A stretch of 64,000 nucleotides of DNA from Candidatus Aminicenantes bacterium. GTDB lineage: Bacteria > Acidobacteriota > Aminicenantia > Aminicenantales > JAFGAV01. Position 1 is the stretch's first letter; each line of letters starts with the position of its first letter. The notes under the pieces were generated by a model, which made no database searches, had not been told where the DNA came from, and was given only the letters and a program-made list of their open reading frames with translations. Positions 43,069-53,209 of the stretch are shown here, in pieces. The stretch spans positions 3,629 to 67,628 of the forward strand of contig JAFGAV010000063.1 of NCBI GenBank assembly GCA_016933515.1. Direction: 5' to 3'. The translations under genes were made by a program, and so were the position numbers.

Positions 43069-45410
43069 TCCTTCTCCGGCCCGGACGGGGGCTCGGGCGT
43101 CGAATCCGTTTCAGAACCGGCCTTTTCGTCCGGGACCTCTTCCTCGATTTCGTATCCGCAGGCTTCTTCGCGGCAATGGAGGAGAGGCGGCTTGTTTTTT
43201 CTCAGTTTTCGGAAGAGGACGGGTTTCCCGCAGCGCGGACAGGGCCGGGGAACAGGCTCTTCCCATGAGGCGAACCGGCACTTGGGAAAGAGGCTGCAGC
43301 CGTAAAACACCCGCCCGCGTCGGGTCGTGCGCCGAAGAAGGGTTCCTCCGCAGCCGGCGGGGCAGGGGATTCCCGTATCGACACTCTCCTTCTTTTTCAC
43401 GTAATCGCACTGGGGATAATTCGAGCACGAGACGAAAAAGCCGTAGCGCCCCCTCTTCTGAACGAGCCGGCTCCCGCACTTGGGGCAAGTTTCCTCCAGG
43501 AGGAGGACTTCCTTTTTCACCAGGCTCTGCTTGAACTGGCATTCGGGGTATCCCGAGCAGGCCTTGAAGCGCCCGAAGCGGCCGCTCTTGATCACCAGCG
43601 GTTTCCCGCACAACGGGCAGGTTTCCTCCATGGGGATGCCGGTTCTCGTCACGCCCTCGACCTCCATGGCCTTGTCCAGGTCCGTCCGAAGACGTTCGTA
43701 GTAGGATTTCAAGGACTCCAACCAGAGGTATTCCCCGTCGCTGATCCGGTCGAGCTCTTCCTCCATGCGGGCCGTGAACTGGACATCCATGAGGTCGGGA
43801 AAATGCTGAACGAGATAATCGGTGACGAATATGCCCAATTCCGTGGGGATGAATTTCCCCGCCTCCTTGAAGACATAAACCCGGTTCTGGATGGTGGCGA
43901 TAATGGGCGCGTAGGTGCTGGGCCGGCCGATCCCCTTGGCTTCGAGTTCCTTGACCAGCGATCCTTCCGTGTATCGGGGCGGCGGCTGGGTGAAATTTTG
44001 CTTGGACTCGAGATCGAGCAGAGTCAGGGTTTCCCCCTGGGCCGCCTTGGGCAGCGTTTTGGCCGCCGCCTCGGGCGGCAGGCCGTCGATTTCCTCTCCG
44101 TTTTTTTCCGCCTCTTCCTCCAAGGCCTTAGCCCTTTCCCTTTTCTGGTCTTCATAAAGGGCCAGGAAGCCGTAATGAAGAACGACCTCGCCCTTGGCGG
44201 CGAACTGGCACTCGGCGGCCCGAATGTCGAACTCGGTCTCCTCGATCTGAGCCGAGGCCATCTGACAGGCGATGAACCGGTTCCAGACCATCCGGTAGAC
44301 GTTGAATTCCTCTCTCTTCAGGAAGGGCTTGACGGCCTCGGGCGGGAGATCCATCGAGGAGGGGCGGATGGCTTCATGAGCGTCCTGAGCCTTTTTCCTG
44401 CTCTTGAAGACGCGGGGGACTTCCGGCAGGTAGTCCGGAGACCATCGCCGGCCTATGTAGTCCCGCGCCCCGTTGACCGCTTCGTCCGACAGGCGGAAGG
44501 AGTCGGTGCGCATGTAGGTGATCAGGCCCACGAGCCCGCGGTCCCCGATTTCCAGCCCCTCGTAGAGCCGCTGGGCCAAGGCCATCGTCTTCTTGACGGT
44601 GTAGCGGTGCAGGCGGAAGGCCTCCTGCTGGAGGGTGCTGGTGATGTGCGGCGGCGGCGGATCCTTTTTTTTCTTCCGGACGATAACGTCGTTGAGGACG
44701 AAGGGCGTCCCGCGAAGCCGATCCACGAGCCGGCCGGCCGTCTCCCCGTCCGTAATCCTGGCTTTCCGGCCGTCGATCTTGACCAGGGCCGCCCGGAAAT
44801 CCGGAGGTCCTGAAGCCCGCAGGGCGGCGGTGACGGTCCAGTACTCCTCGGCAACGAAGGCTTTGATCTCCTTCTCACGCTCGCAGATGATCCGGAGGGC
44901 GATGGACTGGACGCGGCCGGCGCTCAACCCCCGGCCGATTTTTTTCCACAACAGAGGGCTGATGAGGTAGCCGACCAGGCGGTCGAGAATGCGCCGCGTC
45001 TGCTGAGCCTTGAACTTGTCGGCGTCGAGATCCTTCTTGTTCTTGAAAGCCTCGAGGACGGCCGGGCGGGTGATTTCATGGAAAAGAACGCGGCGGATGT
45101 TGGAGTTCGCCTCGCTGAGGAGCTCCTTGAGATGCCAGCAGATGGCCTCGCCCTCGCGGTCGGGGTCGGCGGCCAGGACGACCTCGTCGCAAACTCCGGC
45201 CGCTTTCTTGAGGGCGGTCACCACCTTGCGCCGGTCGGGGATGACGAGGTATTTGGGAGTGAAGTCGTTCTCGACGTCGACGCCCAGGGAGCTCTTGGGC
45301 AGGTCGCGGATGTGTCCCATGGAGGGCTGAACGTCATAATCGGGGCCCAAGTAACGGTTGATGGTTTTGGCCTTGGCCGGAGATTCGACGATAACAAGGG
45401 ATCGGGGCAT
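43065..45410 (-). CDS. topA: DNA topoisomerase I with C-terminal zinc-ribbon repeats
   Basis: LVIVESPAKAKTI (TOPRIM), LAADPDREGEAI, ITYMRTDS (active-site Tyr), and several CPxCG...C..C zinc fingers. Confidence 0.95.
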   Translation of the reverse strand: MPRSLVIVESPAKAKTINRYLGPDYDVQPSMGHIRDLPKSSLGVDVENDFTPKYLVIPDRRKVVTALKKAAGVCDEVVLAADPDREGEAICWHLKELLSEANSNIRRVLFHEITRPAVLEAFKNKKDLDADKFKAQQTRRILDRLVGYLISPLLWKKIGRGLSAGRVQSIALRIICEREKEIKAFVAEEYWTVTAALRASGPPDFRAALVKIDGRKARITDGETAGRLVDRLRGTPFVLNDVIVRKKKKDPPPPHITSTLQQEAFRLHRYTVKKTMALAQRLYEGLEIGDRGLVGLITYMRTDSFRLSDEAVNGARDYIGRRWSPDYLPEVPRVFKSRKKAQDAHEAIRPSSMDLPPEAVKPFLKREEFNVYRMVWNRFIACQMASAQIEETEFDIRAAECQFAAKGEVVLHYGFLALYEDQKRERAKALEEEAEKNGEEIDGLPPEAAAKTLPKAAQGETLTLLDLESKQNFTQPPPRYTEGSLVKELEAKGIGRPSTYAPIIATIQNRVYVFKEAGKFIPTELGIFVTDYLVQHFPDLMDVQFTARMEEELDRISDGEYLWLESLKSYYERLRTDLDKAMEVEGVTRTGIPMEETCPLCGKPLVIKSGRFGRFKACSGYPECQFKQSLVKKEVLLLEETCPKCGSRLVQKRGRYGFFVSCSNYPQCDYVKKKESVDTGIPCPAGCGGTLLRRTTRRGRVFYGCSLFPKCRFASWEEPVPRPCPRCGKPVLFRKLRKNKPPLLHCREEACGYEIEEEVPDEKAGSETDSTPEPPSGPEKE

Positions 45411-46535
45411 TCACAGGCTCCTGGTGTAGTATTTTCCCGGCGACGGCCTAACGAGGCCGCGGAGTTCCATGTCCAGAAGAACGGCCAACAAGTCGGGCAC
45501 GGGGACTTCCGAACGGGACGCGAGCTCGTCGATGTGAACGGAGCCGCCGGCGGCGAGACACCCTAGGATTTTCCTTTCTTCGCCGGTGCGGGCGGCCGCT
45601 TCCTCGGCTCCGCCGCGGCCCGCTTTAAGCACTCTGTCGTTCAGCGGCGGGGGCAATTCCTCGGCCACGTCCTGCCAGCAGGTGGCCGGCCTGGCGCCCG
45701 CCCGGATCAGGGCGTTCGTTCCGACGCTCAGCTTCGACGTGATCGCACCCGGCACGGCCAGGACTTCCCGGTTCTGCTCCAGGGCCAGTTTGGCGGTGAT
45801 GAGCGATCCGCTCTTCGGGGCGGCCTCGACCACCACCAGGGCCAGGCTCAATGCGCTGATCAGTCGGTTCCTTTGAGGAAAGTGGCGACCCGCCGGCTCG
45901 GAACCGAGAGGGAACTCGGTGACCAGGGCGCCCTCCGCGGCGATTCTCTCCGCAAGCTTTCTGTTCTGTCTCGGATAACAGACATCGAGCCCGGTTCCCA
46001 GAACGGCGACCGTCCGGCCGCCGTCGAGAGCGCCCACGTGGGCCCGGGTGTCGATGCCCTCGGCCAGGCCGCTGATCACGACCAGCCCGCGGCATGCCAG
46101 CTCCCGGGCCAGGCTTTCGGCCACGGTCCGTCCGTAAGACGAAGGATTCCTGGCGCCGACGATGCCTATGGCCGGCTCGCTCCAAATCCGGCCGTCGCCG
46201 CGAGCATACAGAACGAGGGGCGGGTCCGGGATGCGTTTCAAAAGCGGCGGGTAACCGTTCTCCCCGAAACCCACGGCCCGGGCCCCCAGCTTCCGGAGAC
46301 GGCGGTCTTCCTCGGCCGCTCTTTCGTGCCAGAGACCGGACAGCGCGTCTTGAATCTGATCTTCGGCCAAACGCAGGCTTTCGAGCTCGTCCCGCGTCGC
46401 CCGCAGGACGTCCGGAGGATGGGGATAAAAAGACAGAATCCTGGGGATGATCCTGAAGCTTTCCGATGTCATCAGCCCCAGAGCGATCCAGTCGAGTCCG
46501 TTTCCGGCCATAGCGCTCCTGTTATCCCCGGACAA
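45411..46535 (-). CDS. dprA: DNA-processing protein DprA (Smf)
   Basis: AIGIVGARNPSSYG, VISGLAEGIDTRAH, VLGTGLDVCYP, and a C-terminal winged-helix. The stop abuts the topA start. Confidence 0.9.
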   Translation of the reverse strand: MSGDNRSAMAGNGLDWIALGLMTSESFRIIPRILSFYPHPPDVLRATRDELESLRLAEDQIQDALSGLWHERAAEEDRRLRKLGARAVGFGENGYPPLLKRIPDPPLVLYARGDGRIWSEPAIGIVGARNPSSYGRTVAESLARELACRGLVVISGLAEGIDTRAHVGALDGGRTVAVLGTGLDVCYPRQNRKLAERIAAEGALVTEFPLGSEPAGRHFPQRNRLISALSLALVVVEAAPKSGSLITAKLALEQNREVLAVPGAITSKLSVGTNALIRAGARPATCWQDVAEELPPPLNDRVLKAGRGGAEEAAARTGEERKILGCLAAGGSVHIDELASRSEVPVPDLLAVLLDMELRGLVRPSPGKYYTRSL

Positions 46536-46652
46536 GATAAGACGTCCAAAAAGGCCCTTATTTTATCAGGAAGGAAAAAAAACACAAGAAGCCGCAAATG
46601 TAGAACGCCGGGGAGGATCGAGGCGCCATGCCCAAAAAAACCGGATCGGCGG

Positions 46653-47963
46653 CTACCGGCCGAGAAGGATCGAGCCGCCGGTGACGAAGGCGCCGGCCAC
46701 GGCCGCGGTCTGCAGGCTGGCCAGGGTCGCGGCCAGCAGGGCGCGGAGGCTCGTCCGGGACAAATCCCGGAGGCGCTCGGGCACAAGGGCGCCCGCCCCG
46801 CCGACGAAGATGGCCAGGGAGGCGACATGAGCGAATCCGCACAGGGCATAGGAAGCGATGACGGCCGACCGAGGGTGGACCAGGGCGCCGGTTTTGATGA
46901 GACCGGCCAGATGCTGATAGGAAACGACTTCCGTGGCCACCGTCCGTTCCCCGATGAGGCGGGCCACTGTCGTCGCGTCCTGGGGAGGCACGCCCAGAAG
47001 CAAGGTGAAAGGATAGAAGATCAGCCCCAGAAGCGAACTGAGCGACCACTGCGCGTTCCAGCCGAACCACTGGTTTACGTTCCCCCCCATCCAGCCCAGA
47101 AAGAGATCGACGAGAGCGAGCAGCCCCAGGAAAGCCAGCAACAGGGCGACGATCCCGCCCAGGAGCTTCAGGCCGCCGTGGGCGCCGTTGATCACGGCCA
47201 TGATGATGTTCTCTTCGCGCTCATAGGCGGGTTTGACGTCGCGGCCGAGGGTTTTCGGCTTGCCGGTCTCCGGCACGAGGAGCTTGGACATGACCACCGC
47301 CGCCGGCGCGGAGAGGACCGAGGCCGAGATGAGATGACCGGCGATCGTAGGCAGGACGTCGCGCAGGAGCGTGACGTACAAGGCCAAAACGGTCGAGGCG
47401 ATGGTCGCCATGCCGGCGGTCAAAATGGTCGTGAGCTCCGAGACGGTCATGTCTCGGAGGTAGGGACGGACGACGAGCGCCGACTCGACGCCGACGAAAA
47501 TGTTGCTCGACGCGCACAGCGACTCCGCGCCGCTGAGGTGCATGGTCCCGCTGAAGAGCCGGGCGAAGAGACGGATCAGAACGGGCATGATCCGGAGGTA
47601 ATAGAGAACCGAGATCAGGGCGGCGAAAAAGACGATGGTCGGAAGGGCCTGGGTGATGAGAATGCTTCCCAGGGACGTCTCCCCCGCTTCGCCGACGGCG
47701 CCCGGCGGCAGGGCCAGGCGGCCGAAGAGAAACCGGGTCCCGGCTGTGGCGCTGTCCAGGAGGCGGACCACGACGCGGTTGAGAAACAGAAACACGCGCC
47801 CCCCCCAGGGAACGACGAAGACAAAAAAGCCGAAAAGGAGCTGGAGCCCGATTCCCCAGCCGACGACCCGGAAGCTCACCGCGCGCCGCCGGGAGGAACA
47901 GAGCCAGGCGAACGCGGGAAGGGCGACGACGCCCAAGAGGCTGACGAGATTATAGACGTTCAT
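46653..47963 (-). CDS. nupC: NupC/CNT-family nucleoside transporter
   Basis: About 10 TM segments. GAESLCASSNIFVG, MATIASTVL and CGFAHVASL motifs are typical of concentrative nucleoside transporters. Confidence 0.85.
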   Translation of the reverse strand: MNVYNLVSLLGVVALPAFAWLCSSRRRAVSFRVVGWGIGLQLLFGFFVFVVPWGGRVFLFLNRVVVRLLDSATAGTRFLFGRLALPPGAVGEAGETSLGSILITQALPTIVFFAALISVLYYLRIMPVLIRLFARLFSGTMHLSGAESLCASSNIFVGVESALVVRPYLRDMTVSELTTILTAGMATIASTVLALYVTLLRDVLPTIAGHLISASVLSAPAAVVMSKLLVPETGKPKTLGRDVKPAYEREENIIMAVINGAHGGLKLLGGIVALLLAFLGLLALVDLFLGWMGGNVNQWFGWNAQWSLSSLLGLIFYPFTLLLGVPPQDATTVARLIGERTVATEVVSYQHLAGLIKTGALVHPRSAVIASYALCGFAHVASLAIFVGGAGALVPERLRDLSRTSLRALLAATLASLQTAAVAGAFVTGGSILLGR

Positions 47964-48244
47964 CCTCTCCTCCCTCCTTTCCGGGTCTTCCGTCCCGCGC
48001 CCGCCAGCTCCACGAGCTTCAGGCGCGACGCCGCGCCGCCGATGATGCGGACGGCGTCGAGAGGAAGACCGAAATGCGCGGCCAGGAGGCGGACGGCCTC
48101 CCCATTGGCCTTTCCCTTGTCGGGCGGGGCATGGACGGCGACAGTGATGTCTCCGGTGGCGTCCTCCACGACGCCGGCCCGGGACGAGCGGGGTTTGACC
48201 CTGACTCTCAGAACCCGGCGGCCGGCAACCGGCATGTCGTTCAC
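47960..48244 (-). CDS. DUF167 (YggU-like) protein
   Basis: LRVRVKPRSSRAGV...VAVHAPPDKGKANGEAVRLLAAHFG is the YggU signature. 4-nt overlaps with both neighbours. Confidence 0.75.
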   Translation of the reverse strand: MNDMPVAGRRVLRVRVKPRSSRAGVVEDATGDITVAVHAPPDKGKANGEAVRLLAAHFGLPLDAVRIIGGAASRLKLVELAGAGRKTRKGGRRG

Positions 48245-49023
48245 CGAAGTCGGTCTTTGTTCCGTTTCAGAAATTCCCGGACTTGGCCGGGCGTGGCGAT
48301 GTAGCCGCTCAGGCCGAAGGACAGCGCCTGGCGGGACGGATCGTTGGAGCGGAAAAGCACGTATTCTCGCACAACGCCCTTGCGGCCGGGAAGCTTGAGC
48401 CTCAAGAAGAGCTTTTTTTCCTTTCCGGCGGCGATTCTCAGAGGAAAAGCCGCCGGACGCCCCCCGCTGAAAAACTCGGCGTTTCTGTGCTCGCAGCCTA
48501 CGACCAGCTCGAGCTCGCCCCTGTTCCGCAGCGCGACTTCGGTCTCGATGGCTTCTCCCTCAAGGAGAAGACCCAGTTCGGCGGTGTACGGCGCGATCTC
48601 GAACCGGGGCTGGGGAGGCGTCTCGACATCGGCGGCGACGGCCAGCTGGACCCGGCTCCGGCGCGGATCGTTGGAAAAGACAAAGACGTGCTTGGTCACC
48701 CGACCGCGGTAACCGGCCGTGGCGAACGCGACCTTGATCCGGCCCTCTTGCCCGGGCTCGAGCTTCTTGTCGGAAACGAGAGCGGCCGTGCAGCCGCAGG
48801 TCGTTTCGACCTTGCTGACGACCAGCGTCTCCCCGCCGTCGTTCCTGAAGAGGAATTCGTGTTCCGGACGATCCCCCTGTTTGACACGGCCGAAATCCCA
48901 GGCTTCGCGTTCGAAAAGAATTTTGGGCTTCCCGGCCGATTGAGCGGCGACGCCGGCGAGCGCAGCCAGCGCCAGAAGAGCCAGGCCCGTCATCATCAGA
49001 GCTTTTCCGGGAGAGAAGGCCAT
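48241..49023 (-). CDS. secreted DUF1573-domain protein
   Basis: Signal peptide MAFSPGKALMMTGLALLALAALAGVAAQ and DFGRVKQGDRPEHEFLFRNDGGETLVVSKVETTCGCTAA (DUF1573 hallmark). Confidence 0.75.
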   Translation of the reverse strand: MAFSPGKALMMTGLALLALAALAGVAAQSAGKPKILFEREAWDFGRVKQGDRPEHEFLFRNDGGETLVVSKVETTCGCTAALVSDKKLEPGQEGRIKVAFATAGYRGRVTKHVFVFSNDPRRSRVQLAVAADVETPPQPRFEIAPYTAELGLLLEGEAIETEVALRNRGELELVVGCEHRNAEFFSGGRPAAFPLRIAAGKEKKLFLRLKLPGRKGVVREYVLFRSNDPSRQALSFGLSGYIATPGQVREFLKRNKDRLR

Positions 49024-49118
49024 GTCGTCCTCCTTCGGCACCCCCAAGATTACTCATTTTTCGCGGCCGATTGCAAGGGCCGGACGGGACGGCCCGGGCC
49101 GGAAAGCGGAAAGAGACA

Positions 49119-49146
49119 TTGACAAAACGCCTTCGGGCTGTAGAAT
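49119..49146 (+). promoter_or_regulatory. sigma-70-type promoter of the OMP gene
   Basis: TTGACA (49119-24), 16-nt spacer, TAGAAT (49141-46), 39 nt upstream of ATG 49185. Confidence 0.55.
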
Positions 49147-49184
49147 GAACCCAACGCTTGAATTCCACAATCGGGGAAGACACC

Positions 49185-50069
49185 ATGAAAAAAGCTCTCG
49201 GCATCGCCGCCGCCTTGGTCCTGCTGAATTCGGCGGCCATCGCCCAGTTCGGATACCGCGCGGACGACAGGTTCAGTTTCAGCTTTTACGGAGGATTCGG
49301 CCTCAGCCGGGCCGAGGGCGTTTCGTCCTACGCCGACACTTGGGACGCTTATGTTCACAAGAACATCAGCGAATATGCCGATATCGCTTACCAGGCCGAG
49401 GACGGAATCGCCTTCGGCGGAGCGTTCACCCTCCTGTTCGACCGGAATATCGGCCTGGAGTTCGGAGGCGCCTTGTTCGGCCGGACCATGCCCACCGAGA
49501 TTGTCTCGGGATGGGAAGTTTTCGCGGACTCGACCCGTTACGCCGACACGTATGCTTTCAGCGGCGGCGGCCGGCTGTCGAGCGTTCCCCTGTTTCTGAA
49601 CTTCGTCGTCCGGTACCCGTCCGGCATCATGGATCTCCACCTTTCGGCCGGACCGGCGCTCTTTCTGAACACGGCGAAGGCCGACGCCACGGGCATCTAC
49701 GGCGACTCCTACTGGTATCAGGTTCTGTGGATCATTTACGAATGGATCGATTTCCTGCCGGTGGCCATGGAAATCCCTTCGACATCCTGGATAGGCGTGG
49801 GCGGGAATTTCGGGCTGGGGATCGATCTCAACTTTTCCCCGATGTTCGCTTTTTTCCTGGAGGCGCGCGCTTTTCTCTGCGGCTCCAAGAATCTGGAATG
49901 GGAATACATTACGGGACATTACGACGGCCTGAGGGGCATCTTTTCCGATTGGGAATTCGGTCAATCGCAAGTGGATTATCTCATCGAAAACTCGCTGACC
50001 TCGCCGCTCAAGATCAATCCTTCCTTCTTCTTCGTCAGCGCCGGCATCAAGCTGCGTTTCGGCCTCTGA
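49185..50069 (+). CDS. outer-membrane beta-barrel protein (putative)
   Basis: Signal peptide MKKALGIAAALVLLNSAAIAQ. Alternating aromatic/Gly-rich strands (GGAFTLLFD, LEFGGALFG, GLGIDLNF), with the last strand ending in GIKLRFGL. Confidence 0.6.
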   Translation: MKKALGIAAALVLLNSAAIAQFGYRADDRFSFSFYGGFGLSRAEGVSSYADTWDAYVHKNISEYADIAYQAEDGIAFGGAFTLLFDRNIGLEFGGALFGRTMPTEIVSGWEVFADSTRYADTYAFSGGGRLSSVPLFLNFVVRYPSGIMDLHLSAGPALFLNTAKADATGIYGDSYWYQVLWIIYEWIDFLPVAMEIPSTSWIGVGGNFGLGIDLNFSPMFAFFLEARAFLCGSKNLEWEYITGHYDGLRGIFSDWEFGQSQVDYLIENSLTSPLKINPSFFFVSAGIKLRFGL

Positions 50070-50137
50070 CCCCGGCGCCGGGCCCGCAGCCCGCCGCTTG
50101 CTCCTGATCATGCCCCCGGGTTAGAATATCCCGTGGT

Positions 50138-51301
50138 ATGACGCACAAACGCGGAGCCGCTCTCCTCGCCGCCGCCCTCGCCCTTTTCCTCGTCGTCCGA
50201 ATCGGCGCGGCGGTCCGGATCCGGGTCACCGCCGAGGTGGCCAACCTTCGGCTCCGGCCCGACATCGGCTCGGCCATCATCCGGCTAATCCCCCGCGGGA
50301 CTCTTCTCCTCTCCACGGCCAAAGAGGGCGACTGGTACCTGGTGAGCGTGACGACGGAATCCGGGCGGACAGAGACGGGTTATGTCCATGAAAGCCTGGT
50401 CACCCTCCTGTCACCTGAAGGCGAGCCGGAGCCGGGCCGGGAGCCGCAGCCGGCCGAGCCCGCCGGGCCGCCGCCCAAGCCCCCGGAACAAAAACCCGCC
50501 CCCCGGGAAACAGCCTCCTCTTTCTTCTCCCGGGGAAATCTGTTCTCCCTGATCCTGGGCGGGGGGGGCGTTTTGGTCCGCGGAGGAGACCTCAATTTGG
50601 GCGCGCAAGGACTGGCCGTTTTTTTTGAGGACAGCCTGGCCGCCGTCACGGAAGACCCGGTCAATCCCTTGCGTTTCGGCTACGCGGCGGGGGCGGAATG
50701 GCTCCTTCCGCTGGCGGAAAGAGTTTCCCTGGGACTGGGAGCCGAATTTCTCCGAAGCCGCCGGCAAAGCGCGGTGCTGTACCGGAAAGGGGCGGACGAG
50801 TACGCCTACACCGTGACGCTCTCGGTATGGGACCTGCCCCTCAAAGCCTATCTGGATTTTGCTCCCGTCTCCTTCGTACATCTGAAAATCGGCGTCGAAT
50901 ATCACATCGCCCGGGCGGGCTACGAGTATCTCTGGGAAACGAAGGACGGCTGGCAGGAATGGACGGGCAACGCCGGCGGCCGGGGTCTGGGCGTCTTCGG
51001 CGGCCTGGCATTGGAATGGCCCCTCGCCTCTTCCTTCAGCCTGGTGCTCGACTTCGGAGGCCGCTATGCTCCGCTCACCGGCTTCTCCGGAACGGGGACC
51101 TATCTCGACTCGGAAGGGATTTCCTCCGAAGAAAACGGCACGCTTTACTACTACGAAACCCGCATCGCGGGCCGCCCCCCCTACGCCTTGCTGTTCATCC
51201 GCAGCCGCGTTCCCTCGGAGGGCGGCGTTTACAACCCCCGCGCCGCCGAGGTGGACTTCACCGGGCTCGTCCTCAAAGCGGGATTCAAAATGACGTTCTG
51301 A
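50138..51301 (+). CDS. secreted SH3-domain protein with Pro-rich linker and C-terminal beta-barrel-like domain
   Basis: Signal peptide; ANLRLRPDIGSAIIRLIPRGTLLLSTAKEGDWYLV (bacterial SH3); PEPGREPQPAEPAGPPPKPPEQKP linker; terminal ...LKAGFKMTF (OMP-like C-terminal Phe). Confidence 0.6.
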   Translation: MTHKRGAALLAAALALFLVVRIGAAVRIRVTAEVANLRLRPDIGSAIIRLIPRGTLLLSTAKEGDWYLVSVTTESGRTETGYVHESLVTLLSPEGEPEPGREPQPAEPAGPPPKPPEQKPAPRETASSFFSRGNLFSLILGGGGVLVRGGDLNLGAQGLAVFFEDSLAAVTEDPVNPLRFGYAAGAEWLLPLAERVSLGLGAEFLRSRRQSAVLYRKGADEYAYTVTLSVWDLPLKAYLDFAPVSFVHLKIGVEYHIARAGYEYLWETKDGWQEWTGNAGGRGLGVFGGLALEWPLASSFSLVLDFGGRYAPLTGFSGTGTYLDSEGISSEENGTLYYYETRIAGRPPYALLFIRSRVPSEGGVYNPRAAEVDFTGLVLKAGFKMTF

Positions 51302-51953
51302 TCCTTGCCTTCCTGAGGAGGACGAAACACTGAGCATGCAGGCCGGGGAAGAGGCCCTTTTCCGTGATCACCCGGAACCCGGCCCGCAGCGCGTCCTCGC
51401 GGAATTCGGAGGCGGCGATCATGTTGATGTTTCTCCGGCTCCGCTTGACGGCCCGCCGCAAAACGCGCTGGCAGCGGTGAAAGGGATTCAGGCGGTAGTA
51501 AGAGACCACCGCCCACTCCTCCGCGACCCGGGCCAGTTCACTCAGCACCTCACGTCGGTGGTCCCTCTCGCGGAGATGGTGAAAAAAGCGGATCGAAAAG
51601 ACCAGGCCGAACGCGCCGTCGTGAAAAGGCAAACCCCGTTTGGCGTCGGCCGCGGCGCCGAGGCGCTTCTCCGGGGACCCGGTCCGGCGGAGAGCCCGCG
51701 CGACCATCGCCGGCGAATAATCGCTCGAGACGCGTCTCGCGCCGGTTCCCTCGAGCAGTTCCGCGAACCGTCCGTAGCCGCAGGGCATGTCCAGGATCCG
51801 GTCGGGCCGCAGCGGCCGGGCGGCACGCAACAGATCCCTCAGGATGCGCTTCTCCCGGACGTGAACCAGCTTTTGGTCGATGCCGCGGTAGCGCCGGCGT
51901 TCATAGTCCGCGACTTCGGGCGCGGTGAAGAAGCGTTTAGCCGAAGTGGACAT
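51285..51953 (-). CDS. class I SAM-dependent methyltransferase
   Basis: Start taken at MSTSAKRFF (51953). ILDMPCGYGRF (motif I) and VFSIRFFHHL. The longer track ORF overlaps the upstream gene. Confidence 0.75.
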   Translation of the reverse strand: MSTSAKRFFTAPEVADYERRRYRGIDQKLVHVREKRILRDLLRAARPLRPDRILDMPCGYGRFAELLEGTGARRVSSDYSPAMVARALRRTGSPEKRLGAAADAKRGLPFHDGAFGLVFSIRFFHHLRERDHRREVLSELARVAEEWAVVSYYRLNPFHRCQRVLRRAVKRSRRNINMIAASEFREDALRAGFRVITEKGLFPGLHAQCFVLLRKARIRTSF

Positions 51954-53208
51954 AGAGAGGACTCCCGTCAAGAGTGATTTCCCGGCCGACGAATCCGATC
52001 TCCCGGCCGCCCCGGTCGAGGACGGCCCGAACCTCCCGGTCGAACCTGCGCCGGACGCTCCGTCCCGAAGACCAGCACACGGCGAAGCTTCGGCCTTCTT
52101 TTTGGAAATGAAAGACATGCCCCCCGCCGTCCGCGGATCGTCCCAGAAAACGGCTGCCGTCGACATGCCGCACAAGCGTTTGGAAGGCATGATAGGAGGG
52201 ACGGAGACGCCAGGGATTCTCCAAACTGTTCACCAGGCCGTACCCCGGAGCGGCGAGCTGCCACCAGTACACTCTTTCCACAAATCCTCCCGCCAGGCAG
52301 AGGACAAAATAGCGGACCAGGTAATCGGCCTGATTCTCCTCGCTGACGTTGGGCTGGCCCGACGCGGGAGAGTAAGGCCCCATGCCCTTCAGGGGCCAAT
52401 TGACCTCGGTGACCCACAGGCCGCGGCCGCCCGTTGCGGAAACGTCCACCGCAGCCTTGAGCAAGGCCACTTTGGCCGCGGTCGTCCAACCGGCCTGGGC
52501 GTTTTCCGGAGCGCCCACCCGGTCGACGTAAAGCAGCGAACTGACCTTGTCGAAGGGGAGCCGGGCCAGGAGGGGGGGATAGAGGTGGAACTCGAAATCG
52601 ATGACCGCCGGCCCGACGAGTCGGATCCCGCGGGCTGACGCCGCGTCGAAGGCCGATTCGGCCAGAGCCAGATATTCCTCGAAATCCCAAACGCCCCACT
52701 TGGTCCGGTTCCAGGCGTGGCCGACCTCGAAGCGCTCGGCGATCCCGCCGAGTCGGTCGAAAGCGTCCTTGAGGAACGCCCGCCATCCCGCGGGCCGGAG
52801 GACATCCTCCCGACGCTGAAGGAGAGCGGCAGTCAGGCCGAAGCCTTCGGCCTTGAGCCTCTCCAGGAACCGGGCCGTCCCTCCGAGCTTGTCCCTTTCC
52901 CAGGAAGCGACGCGGACCAGGGTTTCCCGGGCTCCGGTCAGGCGCAGGAGCCGGATGACCTCGTCCTCGGCGCCCGGCACGGGGGACACGGCGAGTCCGC
53001 AGGCGCGCCCGATGTCCGACGGTTCGAGGTGTTGGCGGCGCCGGTATCTCCGGTAAAGACCGAGGGCGGGGAGAAGCACCTTGACGTTCGCCCCGGCCAG
53101 TCGGAGATAGCCGGGAATCCGGCGCAAGTGGTGGCGCATCCTCTCCCGGCGGGGCGCGACGTTGTGCGGCTGGTCGGCCAGGTCGTTCCAGTCGAACGGG
53201 AATTCCAA
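51937..53208 (-). CDS. hypothetical TIM-barrel glycoside-hydrolase-like protein
   Basis: EVGHAWNRTKWG and LWVTEVNWP resemble clan GH-A acid/base and nucleophile strands. The assignment is weak. Confidence 0.45.
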   Translation of the reverse strand: MEFPFDWNDLADQPHNVAPRRERMRHHLRRIPGYLRLAGANVKVLLPALGLYRRYRRRQHLEPSDIGRACGLAVSPVPGAEDEVIRLLRLTGARETLVRVASWERDKLGGTARFLERLKAEGFGLTAALLQRREDVLRPAGWRAFLKDAFDRLGGIAERFEVGHAWNRTKWGVWDFEEYLALAESAFDAASARGIRLVGPAVIDFEFHLYPPLLARLPFDKVSSLLYVDRVGAPENAQAGWTTAAKVALLKAAVDVSATGGRGLWVTEVNWPLKGMGPYSPASGQPNVSEENQADYLVRYFVLCLAGGFVERVYWWQLAAPGYGLVNSLENPWRLRPSYHAFQTLVRHVDGSRFLGRSADGGGHVFHFQKEGRSFAVCWSSGRSVRRRFDREVRAVLDRGGREIGFVGREITLDGSPLYVHFG

Positions 53209-53209
53209 T